A DNA stretch of 64,000 bases, from positions 99,944,001-100,008,000 of the forward strand of contig NC_043005.1 of assembly GCF_006345805.1 (NCBI RefSeq). The letters run 5' to 3'. The DNA is from Octopus sinensis. Its lineage: Eukaryota. Positions within the stretch are counted from its first letter, which is position 1; each line of letters begins with the position of its first letter. The translations under genes and the position numbers were made by a program. A model generated the notes under the pieces. The model did not search any database and was not told the DNA's origin. It saw only the letters and a program-made list of their open reading frames with translations. This document shows positions 37,601 through 51,350 of this stretch, in pieces.

Positions 37601-40391
37601 GTGTATGCATGTATATTATAGTGTATGTGTGTTGTGCATGTGTGCATGTGTATGAATATACCAGAGAATATTTTATTGATATATCTTCTGCTACATTTAT
37701 GAATACCTGAATGATTGTGTGTATGTGTGCATGTCTAATAACCAATAGCTTAGTATCTGGTGTGTGTGTGTGTGTATGTGTGTGCCTATATTCCTGTCTA
37801 AAAGACATTACTTAAAATACACAACTACATTCACATTACATTACATACACACAATCAACTTTAAAAAAAAATGTTGAAATGCACACATACATACATACAA
37901 ATATATATGCGTGAGTGACACACACACATGTGTATGTGTAATGCGAACATACACACACATCGAGATAAAAATTATGGTAGCTTTATTTATAAAGAGAAAA
38001 TGAACCTTAAGTTCCTTGTTTAGAATTTCTATATTAATGTTCTCTTCAAATCAGAAAGCTTATGGAAATGCTTCTCTTAAAAGCCATTTATTAATAAATT
38101 AAAAGTTAAAGAAAGTTGTTAAAGACTTCCATCAAATATTCAAAGATATTTAAGAGATTCCAATAAAACCTTAGCTTTCACTCAGTAAACATCTTTCAAC
38201 TTCATCCTTCCTTTTCCGTAATATTTCTATAAATTTAAGAAAGCTACATGCATATCTCTCTCCATTCAATATTTCATTCATTCAGTTAAAATATTATTTG
38301 GTCACATTTACAAGTAGTTTGCTAGGCAAGTGTGTACATGTGTTTGTGTATGTATGTTTTCACACATTAGAATGGTGGACAGGTGAAGGTCAATCGTTCT
38401 ACCCCAACATCAGTATAGTAATCTATCATTTGTAGAAGACATCAAATTTTAAAAGGCCTCATTCACCCAGCTTAAAATAAATACTGTGAAGGAAGAATAA
38501 CTTACTTATGTAGGCAGCAGAAACGCTACAGAAATGACGAAGGTTTCTTAGATTTGTGTTGCTGAATTGAAGTTCTTTCAAATTGACTATCTCTCTAGCA
38601 AGATGTATTTAGACCAGACTATATTGTGAATTCCATGACAAACTACAGTACACTTAGATTTCTATAACACATCACATACATAGACACAGACACATGCATG
38701 CAAAGGATTCCATGAAAATAAAGGTCAATGGACAGTTGTTGCTTCATTAATATTTCAGACATTCTTTACCTTAATTGCAATGGTTCTTGTGTACTGCATG
38801 GGTTGTTGTTGTTTGGCCCCAGGTCAGGTCAGGTCAAGTTATGTCATTCCTGACAGTGCAAACTTATGATCAAAGACATTCTAGTTGTGGTCATCCTGTA
38901 TTTTATAGGTTTCTAGCATTAGATTATGAAATATGTCCTTCCTTTTATTAAGATGATACAAAGTGATTTGATGATTTGGCTGTCGTTCCTAACAAATTCC
39001 CTTATTGGTCCTATGTAGTAAATTAAATATGGCATCAAACAAGTCCTGAGTTCAAATTGTACAATAAGTATAATGTCATCTTTGATAAAATTAACATAGT
39101 TGTTACGACTCACCAGATCTACTTAGGGTGGACTGATATACTCTCCAAGAAGAGATTTGTCTCTCATCTACTTAATATACTGAAACAAAACACCAGATCT
39201 TGTGAACTCAACTTTCCAGTACATTGTAGATGTATCTATAGTTTATTAAATACCAATATTGTGAAAGGTTTCACTTTGTAGCTTGACTGAAGCAGAGTTT
39301 CATTTTTACCATTCTATGCTGTGGGTTTTTTTTAACCTCAAGTCTGTTCTGAAAGAGCAGACCTATGATGAAAGACCTTCCAACCATAACCATCCTATCT
39401 TTTTCTCAGGCAATTTGTGTCCAGGACTACATTATCTAATGTTTAAGGTAGCAAAGTGACAGAATAGTAAGGCCTTGTGGTATTTGTTCCTGTTCTCTGC
39501 ACCCTGAGAGCCAAGGCCAACTTTACGTTTTGTTCTTTGAGAGTCTCTGAGTAAAATGAGCATATTCCTGGGGTTGCTTCTTTTCTAATTTCTTTTTCGA
39601 TTCTACCGGTGATTCAAAGGTGCAGTTTTGTTGCATTGCATCACATTGATCTGGCAAGAAAGTTGTGTTTAGAGCATTCTTGTCAATAGGCATGACTTGT
39701 GGTAAGAAGCTTGCTTCCCAACTACATGGTTCCAGGTTCAGTCCCACTGCATGGCACCTTGGGCAAGTGTCTTCTACTATAGCCTCATGCCGACCAAAAC
39801 CTTGTGAGTGGATTTGGTAGGCAAAAACTGAAAGAAGCCCATCGTATATATCAATGTGTGTGCCCTTAAACCTCTGTTTTCCCCCACTATGACTCGACAA
39901 CTATTGTTGGTGTTTACCTCCCCCTAATTTAGTGGTTTGGCAAAAGAGACAGGCAGAATTAGTATCAGGCTTAAAATAAAATACTGGGGTCCATTCATAT
40001 GACTAAAAAGTCTTCAAGGCAGTGCCCCAGCATGGCTGCAGTCTAATGACCGAAACAAGAAAAAGATGCATTCCTCTTCTTACTCTCGAATGCATCAGAA
40101 AAAGCTGTTTTTTGCTCTGTCTTTCTGTGAGTTAACAAGTGTTAATTTAATTGCAAATATTGGCACCAAGCAGAGGTTTCTTTTCAGGGAAAGATAACTT
40201 CCATGTTAATTTTAGGAGTGGCTGTGTGGTAAGTAGCTTGCTTACCAACCACATGGTTCCGGGTTCAGTCCCACTGCGTGGCATCTTGGGTAAGTGTCTT
40301 CTACTATAGCCTCGGGCTGACCAAAGCCTTGCGAGTGGATTTGGTAGACGGAAACTGAAAGAAGCCTGTCGTATGTATGTATCATCATCAT

Positions 40392-40457
<66 letters not shown>

Positions 40458-41639
40458 ATATGTTTGTGTGTCTGTGTTTGTCCCCCCCCAACATCACTTG
40501 ACAACCGATGGTGGTGTGTTTTTGTCTCCGTAACTTAGCGGTTTGGCAAAAGAGACCGATAGAATAAGTACTAGGCTTACAAAGAATAAGTCCTGGGGTC
40601 GATTTGCTTGACTAAAGGTGGTGCTCCAGTATGGCCACAGTAAAATGACTGAAACAAGTAAAAGAGTAAAGAGTAAGAGTATAGGAATTTGGTTGACTGG
40701 ACAGCAATTGAATGAAAGCCCTAGACTGTGACCAACCAAGAATCCGTTATTCCATGTTTCCACAATTCAATATGGTAAGGTGTCATATGAAGAAAAGTTT
40801 GCTGTTATTTCTAGCCTGTAGAACAACTCTGCAGAGGCTGTTATTGGCATGGTTTTACTCCATGTTTATGAAGATGGTGCAAAGGTGAGATGGATGGGAG
40901 CATACAGTGTTGGACGACAAGTCCACAGATTAAAAGTTGAAATCTACTGATAGAATTTTATAATGTTTCTGAGGGGCTTTCATTGACATAGGCTCACTTC
41001 CTCTGGCTGGTTAGAACATGAAACAGATAGGATATTTGGGCCTGGTGTGGTCAGTTTAAATACTAAATGGTTAAATAACACACACACACACACACTTTGT
41101 CACACATCCTAGAGTACACATGCTACACAACATATCCTGCTTAATACATTCTATATATCACACCCAAAGTAATATATACTACTCAACATATCCTGCATAG
41201 CATACTCTATATAACTAGCACTCTGTTGGTTAGGACGAGGGTTCGAGTTCATCTGACCAACAGAATGGCCTGTCTGTGAATTTAACTCGCAAGTGGCTGA
41301 GTACTCCACAGACATGTGTACCCTTAACATAGGTCTCGGGGAAATTCAGTGTGATACAGAATGTGACAAGGTTGGTTATTCGAAATACAAATACTACTCA
41401 TTTTTTTCCAGATGGGTGGACTGGAGCAACTTGAAATAAAGTGTCTTGCCCAAGGACATAACACACCACAGGTAATTGAACCCACGACCTTACAATCATG
41501 AGCCGAACACCCTAACCAGTAAGCCACATATCTTCACTGTAGATAACATTCTCAGCATGACGCACCCTACGTAACATGCACCACATAACATGCATACTAC
41601 ATGACACATTCTACATAATAAGTCTGACGTAACATCTAC

Positions 41640-41791
41640 ATATTTAAGTTTAATTTGTCAAAATATTTTCGTCGCTTTAAGACCGCGACCTGATCATTGA
41701 CAAAAATCCGTGATGCAGCACGGATTTTGGTCAATGAACAGGTCGCGGTCTTAAAGCGACGAAAATGTTTTGACAAATTAAACTTAAATAT
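41640..41791. repeat. Hairpin inverted repeat, 73-bp arms, 6-nt loop
   Basis: Arms 41640-41712 and 41719-41791 are reverse complements with about three mismatches. Confidence 0.92.
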
Positions 41792-42280
41792 TGAAGTGAA
41801 TCGAACGGCTTTTGTGTGTTTCTTAAATGGCTTATAAACACATTCCATGCTGCAATTGTTTTCGTTTCAGCACACGATCTCAGATCAAATCCCTTGCTAT
41901 GCAAGTACATCTCCGTAACATCTACATAACACTTTACATAATACACTCTATGTAACACACGGCCCCTCCATAATAATCTCACACAAAACACTTTCTACAA
42001 AACACTTTCTACATATTACACACTCTGCACAACGCATTCTTCATTTGTCAATCTCAGCTTCTTCTTCTCTTCCTCCCTCTCTATCTTCATCACTCACTCA
42101 CTTGCTTCCTCCCTCTCAAATATACTCACAGACTCTCTTTCTCTCCCCTTTTATAATACATGTTCTCCCTCTTTATCCCTCTCTATCTTTCTTGTTTTAT
42201 TATTTCTCTTATTTGTTCTTTATGATTCACCTCCCAATCTTCTACCATTCTTTCCTCTCACTACACATCCTCCCTATCTC

Positions 42281-42327
<47 letters not shown>

Positions 42328-42769
42328 TTATATATATGTGTGTGTGTGTGTATATATATATATACACACACACATATATATATATAACCTCTCTCCCTTT
42401 CCCTCTCTCTCTCTCATACTCTGTATATCTTCTCCTTCTCCTAACACTGGCACCCTTTCTACACCATTTCTTTTGTTTTAACATCTTCTGTAAATGACAT
42501 TTTAAATTAAGTTTAAAATTAGGCATTTCTCACACACACACACACAGCTACACATTCTATTCAAACACACGCATATGTCGCTCCATACACAGGTGTGCAT
42601 CCATTTAAACACACACATACACATCTACCCAAACACACACATTCTGCATCACACACATCTCACACGTGCACGTGTGTGCATCCACATACACGCATTTTGC
42701 ACTTCTGCACTCCTTCCCTACTTCAACAAGTGGGCACTAGATGCAACATCAAAGGATACAGACCTCCCT

Positions 42770-43362
42770 CCCTACTACTACTACTAATACTACTACTACA
42801 AGTATCGCTGCCACCTTATCACCATTCTTACCATCACCAACCTCAACCTTGCTACTATTACCTCTGCTGCGACTATAACTACCCTATTATTAGTACCCCA
42901 CCACCACCACCAACACCACTATTACAACCACAACGATTATGACGATGATGACGACCACGATGACAACCATCACCACCACCACAAAGCTACCACTGACATT
43001 CCTACCTCTACTACAACTGATGTAAATATTACCATCACAACCACTGCTACCACCAATACCAGCACCACCCCTGCCACAATCCTTACAACTGCTAGCATCA
43101 CTATCACCTCCACAACTTCCATAACTACTACTACTACTACTAGCAGCACCACTGCTGCTGCTACCAGAACCGTTACAGTGGCTTGAACTACCATCACCAC
43201 CAGCAAACACCATAGTTACTACTACTACTACTGCTACTACTACTACCACTACAACTACTACTACTACTACTGTAAATATTGTCATCACAACCACCACTGC
43301 TACTACCACCACCATGAACTCTACTGCCATTGCGACCATTACAACTGCTTGCACCCCAGTAT

Positions 43363-43412
<50 letters not shown>

Positions 43413-43505
43413 TAACTATTACGACTGCTGCTGCTACTACAACTGCATCTACTACTACCACCACCACCACTACTACTACTACTACTGCAATCACTAACAC
43501 CACCA
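42770..43505. repeat. Compound (ACT)/(ACC) trinucleotide low-complexity tract
   Basis: Directly visible. Confidence 0.9.
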
Positions 43506-43829
43506 CCCTCATTTTACCCCATCTTCTTCCAGTGAATTTACCGAATCCTCTTTGACTATCAACTCCTGAGAGTAGAAGTGAGGAGATGCTGCAAGTTCCA
43601 ATGTACAGACAGTGTGTATAACAATTAATTGACAGATCTTCTGCTGTGGCATCAAACGACATTCTCTGATTAGGCAGCACCAAATCAATAAAACTGTTGA
43701 TTAAAGCAATTCAGGGAAGAATTGACAACACACTCAAGGAAACAGTAAGACATATATATATACATACATACATACATATACATACATATATATACATACA
43801 TATACATACATACATATATATACATATAT

Positions 43830-43861
<32 letters not shown>

Positions 43862-43988
43862 GCATATATATTTTTTATATATATGAGTGTGTTATATATA
43901 TATATATATATATACATACATACACACACATATTAAAACCTGTGACACACACAAACACATGTATATGGATATATATGTGTGTGTATGT

Positions 43989-44032
<44 letters not shown>

Positions 44033-44359
44033 GCATGTGTATGTACAAGTATGTTTGTGCATATATGTGTGTATATGCATGTGTATACATATATGTATAT
44101 ATGTATATATATATATATATCTTTCCATTTCTCTCTTCCCTCTCTATATACACACACACACATAATAGTAGAAAAAAGAACACAAAAACAATAACTATAA
44201 TGTCAATAAAACTGAGGAGAAGGGAGAGAGGAAGGGGAGGAGGAGGAGGATAATGAAAATCTTTAAAAATTAAAGAAAAACAAACTAAACAATAAAAACA
44301 AAAGTGAAGAAAGAGCTGAAATGAATGAAGATTTGTAAAAATGACAAAAGCAACAAATG

Positions 44360-44735
44360 TAAGGGAGAGAAGAGAAGTGAAAGAAAGAGAGAGTATAATG
44401 TGTATGAGAGAGGGAGAGAGAGAGAGAGAGAGGAAGAGAGAGAATGAGATAGGGAGAAAGAACAAGAGAGAGAGAATGAGAGATAGAACGAGAGAGAGAG
44501 AAAATGAGAGAGAGAGAACGAGAGAGAGAGAGAGAGAACGAGAGACAGGGAGAGAGAGAACGAGTGAGAGAGAGAACGAGATAGGGAGAAAGTACAAGAG
44601 ATGGAGAGAGAGAATGAGAGCGGGCAAGAAGGAGAGAGGGAAAGAGAGAGAGAAAGAGAAGAGAACGAGAGAGAGAGAAAGAGAAGAGAACGAGGGAGAG
44701 AGAAAGAGAGAGAGGGAAAGAGAGAGAGAGAGAAG
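44360..44735. repeat. Degenerate (GA)n polypurine tract
   Basis: Directly visible. Confidence 0.9.
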
Positions 44736-46679
44736 GGGATGGGGGTGGGGAATAGAGGAATGCACTGGAAGGAGGTTTGATAAATTAAACTGAATATGTG
44801 GAGAAGATTGGAAAACAACAACAACTAAAAAAAAAGAGAAGAAAAATAAAGGAATTCTCATGAAGGAAGAGAAAGAGAGAGAGGGGGTGGGGGTGGGGTG
44901 GGGTGGGGTGGGGTGTAGTGTATTTTTAATTGATGGCAGTTGCTCATTCACAAAATTGTCTAATGATAAGATAGAGCAAAGTAACACAAATAATCATAAT
45001 GATGATGATGATGATGATGTTGACAGTGGTGATGGTGATAGTTGTAGTGGTGGTAGTATTTGTAGTGGAAGCTGTGGTGGTAACATTGGTGATGATGATG
45101 ATGATAATGATGACAACAATAAAAAACAAACGGTGGTAATGATGACGATGATGATGATAGTCGTAATAGTGGTGGTGGTGGTGGTGGTAGTTATATAGAA
45201 GCTGTGGTGGTAATATCGGTGATGATGATGATGATGATTGTGATGGTGGTGCTGGTGATGATGATGATGAAAAAAATCAAATAAAGAAAATAATAAAAAA
45301 ACCAGTCAAAAACAGACAATGGAGTGTCATTGATGTATTCCTGAATGGTGAACACAGATTGTTTAACAAATAAAGGTTGGGTTTCTTTTTGTGAATACGC
45401 TTGGCTCTAACTGAATGATGTATAGTTTAGATGAGCCAACCGACAAATCACACTGGCAATATTTTCTCCATACAAAGGCAGCAAGCTGGCAGAAACGTTA
45501 GCACACTGGGCAAAATGCTGAAATACTTAGTGGTATTTCATCTGTCTTTAAGTTCTGAGTTCAAATTCCGCCGAGGTCGACTTTGCCTTTCATCCTTTCG
45601 GGGTTGATAAATTATGTATCGACTGGCCCCTTCCCAAAATTTTGGGCTTTGTGCCTTGAGTAGAAAAGAATATTGTCTCCATAGAGGCAAAGGCATAGCT
45701 ATTGTGGTAAGAAGCTTGCATCCCAACCACATGGTTCCAGGTTCAGTCCCCCTACGTGACACCTTGGGCAAGTGTTTTCTACTATAGCCACAGGCTTGTG
45801 AATGGATTTGGTAGACAGAAACTGAAAGAGGCCAATCGTGTATATATATATATATATATATTGTGTGTGTGTGTCTGTGTTTGTACCCCCCACCATCGCT
45901 TGACAACCAGTGTTGGTGTGTTTACATACCCGTAGCTTAGCGGGTTGGAAAAAGAGACCGATAGAATAAGTACAAGACTTACAAAGAATAAGTCCTGGGG
46001 TCGATTTGTTTGACTAAAGGCAGTGCTCCAGCATGGACACTGTCAAATGACTGAAACAAGTAAAAGAACATCCTAACAAAATTTAACAAAATAATATACT
46101 GTATTTTCTCATACATGTTCATGTAGCAAATACTGAAAACATGTCATTTTAACATTCAAGCATTGTCACTATTTTCCAAATCCAAAAGGACTTAGTGTTT
46201 AGTCACATGCTTTTTTGTGGACAATGCCAGTGTCACATAACTGGCCCATTTAAAAGTACCCTTCAATTGTTGGGCCATATGCCAGTGCCACCTGACTGGC
46301 TCACGTGCTGGTGGCACATAAAAAGCACCCACTACGCTCTTGCAGAGGTTGGCATTATGAAAGGCATCCAGCTGTAGAAAATTTGCCTGATCAGATATGA
46401 GCCTGGTGCAGCCTCCTGGCTTGCCAGTCTTCACTCAAACTGTCCAACCCATGCCAGCATGAAAAGCAGACGTTAAACGATAATGATAATGATGATGATG
46501 ATATCTGTATTCTATTATTCCATGACCCATCAAAATGTTTCTATTTAGACTATAATTTCACATGGAACTTTTGGTTCTCTAAAATTATCTTGGCGCATAA
46601 GTCAACTTACCTCCTTTTAGCTAAAAATTATGGTCTGAAAAATTCAACTTGGATGCTGGAAAATACAGAACTCATTATC

Positions 46680-47465
46680 ATCGTTATCATTGTCATTTAA
46701 TGTCTGCTTTCCATGCTGGCATGGGTTGGACGGTTTGACTGAGGGCTGGCAAGCCAGAAGGTTGCTCTAGGCTCCAGTCTGATCTGGCAAAGTTTCTACA
46801 GCTGGATGCCCTTCCTAATGCCAACCACTCCGAGAGTGTAATGGGTGCTTTTTACATGCCACTGGCATGAGGGTCAGTCAGGCGGCACTGGCAATGATCA
46901 CATTTGAATGGTGCTTTTTATGTGCTACTGGCATGGGGCCAGCCAGGCGGCACTAGCATCAACCACACAGGAATGGTGCTTTTTACATGCCACTGGCATG
47001 GGTGCCAATCTGGCGGTACTTCACTTGACTCAGCAGGTCTTTACAAGTGCAGTTTATTGCCCAATGATTGAAAGACCATAACTGGCATAGGCCACAGTTA
47101 TGGTCTCACTTGGCTTGTTGGGTCTTCTCAAGCACAGCATATCTCCAAAGGTCTCGGTCACTTGTCATCACCTCTGTGAGGCCCAACGTTCAAAGGTTGT
47201 GTTTCACCACCTGAACCCAGGTATTCCTGGGTCTACTTCTTCTGCAAGCTCCCTCTGCTGCTAGGGTGTGACACTTTTTCACGCAGCTGTTCTCATCCAT
47301 ACACAACACATGACCATACCAGTGCAGTCGTCTCTCTTGCATACCACATCTGATGCTTCTTAAGTCCAACTTTTCTCTCAGGGCACTGACATTCTGTCAT
47401 GTATGAACACTGACATTACACATCTACAAGTATAAACAACAGATGAGACATCATCAGCAAATAAA
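46680..47465 (-). mobile_element. Older RTE LINE 3' end of the same family as 1-1427 (RT C-terminus plus 3' UTR with short VNTR)
   Basis: Minus strand reads RRLHWYGHV...GRSRPRNTW...DL*...AVLEKTQQAK*, followed by 3-4 repeat units and the family C tail. Confidence 0.85.
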
Positions 47466-50400
47466 CTATTGCTAGTGTCAAGAATATAGCATCAAAGAAT
47501 CCAAAGACCAAGTCTTCAGTGACATGACAGTGCTAAGTATTTATGTTGGCACAATAACATACTTTTGGAGAGGGGAGATGTAGATGAAAATAAATATCAA
47601 TGATAGTTCATGCCATTATTAATCCCTGAGAGATAGCCATGGCAGGATTTGAACACAGAGGCGGTGAGCCTGGCTGAAACATTAGCACGCCGGCTGAAAT
47701 GCTTAGGGGTATTTCGTCTGCCGCAACGTTCTGAGTTCAAATTCTGCCGAGGTCAACTTTGCTTTTCATCTTTTCAGGGTTGATAAATTAAGTACCAGTT
47801 ATGCACTGGGGTCGATATAATCGGCAGAATCTCTTTGTCTGTCCTTGTTTGTCCCCTCTATGTTTAGCCCCTTGTGGACAATAAAGAAATAAGGATTTGA
47901 ACACAGAACTTAGGAGGAGGAACTAAAGTCAATAAGATATGTAGTCTATCACCTCAGCATCTCTACCACTTTACCATTTCTGTTAATCCATTCATAACTC
48001 CAATTTTCTATCACTACTTATCTGATTTTCTATTTCCACCATTCTAACTGATAACAACAGCAACAACAACAACAGTTTCAAATTTTGGCACAAGACCAGT
48101 AATTTCAGTGAAGGGGATAGATTGATTACATCGACCCAAGTATTCAGCTGGTACTTATTTTATAAACCTGAAAAGATAAAATGCAAAGTCAATTTCATCA
48201 GAATGTGATCTCAGAATGTAAAGATTGACGAAATGGTTCTAAGCCTTTTGCCTAGATTGCTAATGATTCTGCCAGCTTGGTGACTTGATGATGATGATGG
48301 TGGTGACGATGACGAAGAGGATGATGATAATAATAATAATAACAATGATAATAATGATAATAATAATAATAATGATAAAAATACACCCGAGAGAACAAAG
48401 GAGTTTTTGCTGCTTCACTAAGTATTCACTAACATCAATGAAATAACAAAGAAAATCATAAAGAAATTCCAAAAGTGCTAAAGGAAACCTGTGTCAGTAA
48501 TATATTAATTTATTAGTAAAATTTGATTGCTTTTGTCTCATATAATTAATGTATTGTAAATGTTCACAACAATGCTCAATTAGCCATCATGTTTAAACAC
48601 ACTAATGGAGTACAAGTGAAATCACCACCAGACAGACACGGTTCTCCATAGAAAATAACAACAAATAATATAAATGCAAATCATATTGTTCAGTCCAAAG
48701 TTGAAAGAAATGCATACTTTGTAATAAAATTTCTTCAAAATGGAGAGTGAAAAACCACATGTGGCCAGAACCAAATAAACGATATCCAATGAAACTGATT
48801 GCAATTTAAATAACTAATGAACTAAATAAATAAATAAATCAACATTATCATTTAACGTCCGCTTTCCATGCTAGCATGGGTTGGATGATTTGACAGAGGA
48901 CTGGCGAACCAGATGGCTGCGCCAGGCTCCAATCTTGATCTGGCAGAATTTCTACAGCTGGATGCCCTTCCTAACGCCAACTACTCCGAGATTGTAGTGG
49001 GTGCTTTTAAGTGCCACTGGCACGAGGGCCAGTCTGGTGGTACTGGCAATGGCCACGCTCGAAATTGTGTTTTTTATGTGCCACCTGCACAGGAGTCAGT
49101 CCAGTGGCATTGGCAACGACCTCACTTGAATGTTTTGTTCACGTGCCAGTAAGGTGACACTGGTAACGATCATGCTCAACTGGTGCTTTTTACGTGCCAC
49201 CAGCACGGAAGCCAGACATCCACTCTGGCAGTGATCCCACTCGCATGGAGATGTTAGCGCTCCACTGGCACGGGTGCCAGTCATCAAATTTGGTTTAATT
49301 TTGATTTCGATTTCACTTGCCCCAACAGGTCTTCACAAGCAGAGTTTAGTGTCCAATGAAGGGGGGTTGGCATGGGTGCCAGTCGTCGAATTTTGGTTCG
49401 ATTTCGAATTCAAATAAATAAATAAATGAATGTATGCATGCATGCATGCATGATCAGAATTGAAATAAATGGCTGGAATTTTACTCTTTCAGATGCTGCA
49501 AATAAAACAGAAAATTTACAAATAGACATGAGAGAAATGCCTTTCTGTACTAATTAAGTAGTTTAGTTTAGCCCAAAATGAGAATACTAATTAATGTACA
49601 AAATATCTGTGGAAAAAACCAAGACCTGATCTAAAAGAAATTCTGTATCCTGTTGAATGTGACATTCATGGAAATATATTTTTAAAATTAAAAATTTATC
49701 AAGTCTAAAAATGAGATAATTAAAAGAAAAAAGCACAGTATGAAAATGCAAATAACAAATGAAAAATTCACATGGCCACAGTCAAATGACTGAAAAGAAT
49801 AAAAGAAAATAAAAATACAAGCAATGCTAATTAAAAGATGGGTAGAGCACTGAGAATGGAAACCAAGAAGATAGAGCAAATACAAATTCTTGTATGAATG
49901 AAGATTTCTGACCAACAACAGTTGGACAAGAACTTTGCAAAGGAAAGTATGAATAAGAGGAAATATAAGAAAGATCTAAAAATAGTTGATAGTAAGGGTG
50001 GAACTTCTAAATATGGCTGTAACCGAAAGGAGCTTGGACAAGTCTCTTAACACCTTGGGGGTAGTTGGCGTGCTGCAGCCTTGCAGCATATCTTGGGCGA
50101 GAAAGCTTGGCAGAGCTGGCAGAAACGTTAGCGCACTGGGCGAAATGCTTAGCGGTAGTTCGTCTGCCGCTATGTTCTGAGTTCAAATTCCGCCAAGGTC
50201 GATTTTGCCTTTCATCCTTTCAGGGTTGATTAAATAAGTACCAGTTATGCACTGGGGTCGATCTAATCGACTTAATACATTTGTCTGTCCTTGTTCGTCC
50301 CCTCTGTGTTTAGCCCCTTGTGGTTAGTAAAGAAATAGGTATTTCATCTGCCACTACGTTCTGAGTTCAAATTACGCCGAGGTCGACTTTGCCTTTCATC

Positions 50401-50759
50401 CTTTTGGGGTTAATAGATTAAGTACCAATTATGCACTGGGGTCGATCTAATTGACTTAATCCCTTTGTCTGTCCTTGTTTGTCCCCTCCATGTTTAGCCA
50501 CTTGTAAGCAATAAAGAAATAAGAAAGCCTGTCAGAGCCCATCCCTCTCCAAGCTAAACTAATTTCTACAGCTGAGTGGGCTGAAGTAATGTGAAATGAA
50601 GTGTTTCGCTCAAGAATGCAACAGATCGCCCAGTCCAGGGATTGAAACCACAATCTTACAGTCATGAATCCAACACCCTAACCACTAAGTGATGTACCTT
50701 CACCAAATAGAGTGGAAATAGTTAAATAATTATAATTTGTAGTTGTTTCTACAGATTAA

Positions 50760-51350
50760 TGAAAGAGAAATTGCACCTTTAAGCAACGACAATAAAAAGC
50801 AAAAACCTGACCATCATAGATCACTAAAAACAGCTACGAATATCAATATCACCATGATAACCCAAATAATATATGCAACAGCCACAGTAATAACAAAGGA
50901 AGGAGGAGATTCTTTCAGATCTGCTTGTGTTGGAATATCAAAACCCAACTAAACAATATAGAAAACAAACCTACAGAAAGAGAAAAAAAAACTGAAAGTA
51001 AGAGAAAAAAAATCTCTCAATCTTTAGTGAAATCAATAAAAGGAGATGGAAATGGAGGAACTGAACAGAGAAATGCTATAGAAATATATCAGAAGGAAAA
51101 TGAAATACTCAAAAGTAGAAAATGCCTGAAGAGTTCTTCACTATGTTTCAAAGAATCTGTCATTATAAAAAGCGACAATGATTCTTTGAACAAAGCAAGC
51201 GGCTCAACTGTAAACCAAAATTATTTTATTGAGGACAAAGTAAAAATAAATAGAAATCAATCTTGTGCCAACAGCAACATAAGTAGTAAATTTATGAGGA
51301 GAGGAGGAGGAGGAGTATGAATGACAAAAGGATCACCACCAATGTTCAAA
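50760..51350 (+). mobile_element. N-terminal (pre-RT) ORF fragment of an RLE-type Dong/R4-like LINE, frameshifted
   Basis: QIIYATATVITKE, ESKRKKISQSLVKSIKG and QRICHYKKRQ*FFEQSKRLNCKPKLFY resemble recalled R4/Dong pre-RT motifs. Confidence 0.5.

Noticed and set aside
38515-38580. Possible further hammerhead (GAAAC CTTC GTC plus stem I)
   Set aside because: The CUGAUGA half of the core is not recognisable; a relic at best.
42731-42740. U12-type donor-like GTATCCTTT, with ATATCCTTT also at ~52790 and ~56995
   Set aside because: No coding exon adjoins any of these sites, and such matches are expected by chance.
42890-43683. Thr-rich (plus) and Val-rich (minus) ORFs resembling mucin
   Set aside because: Pure ACT/ACC trinucleotide tract with no splice or domain support.
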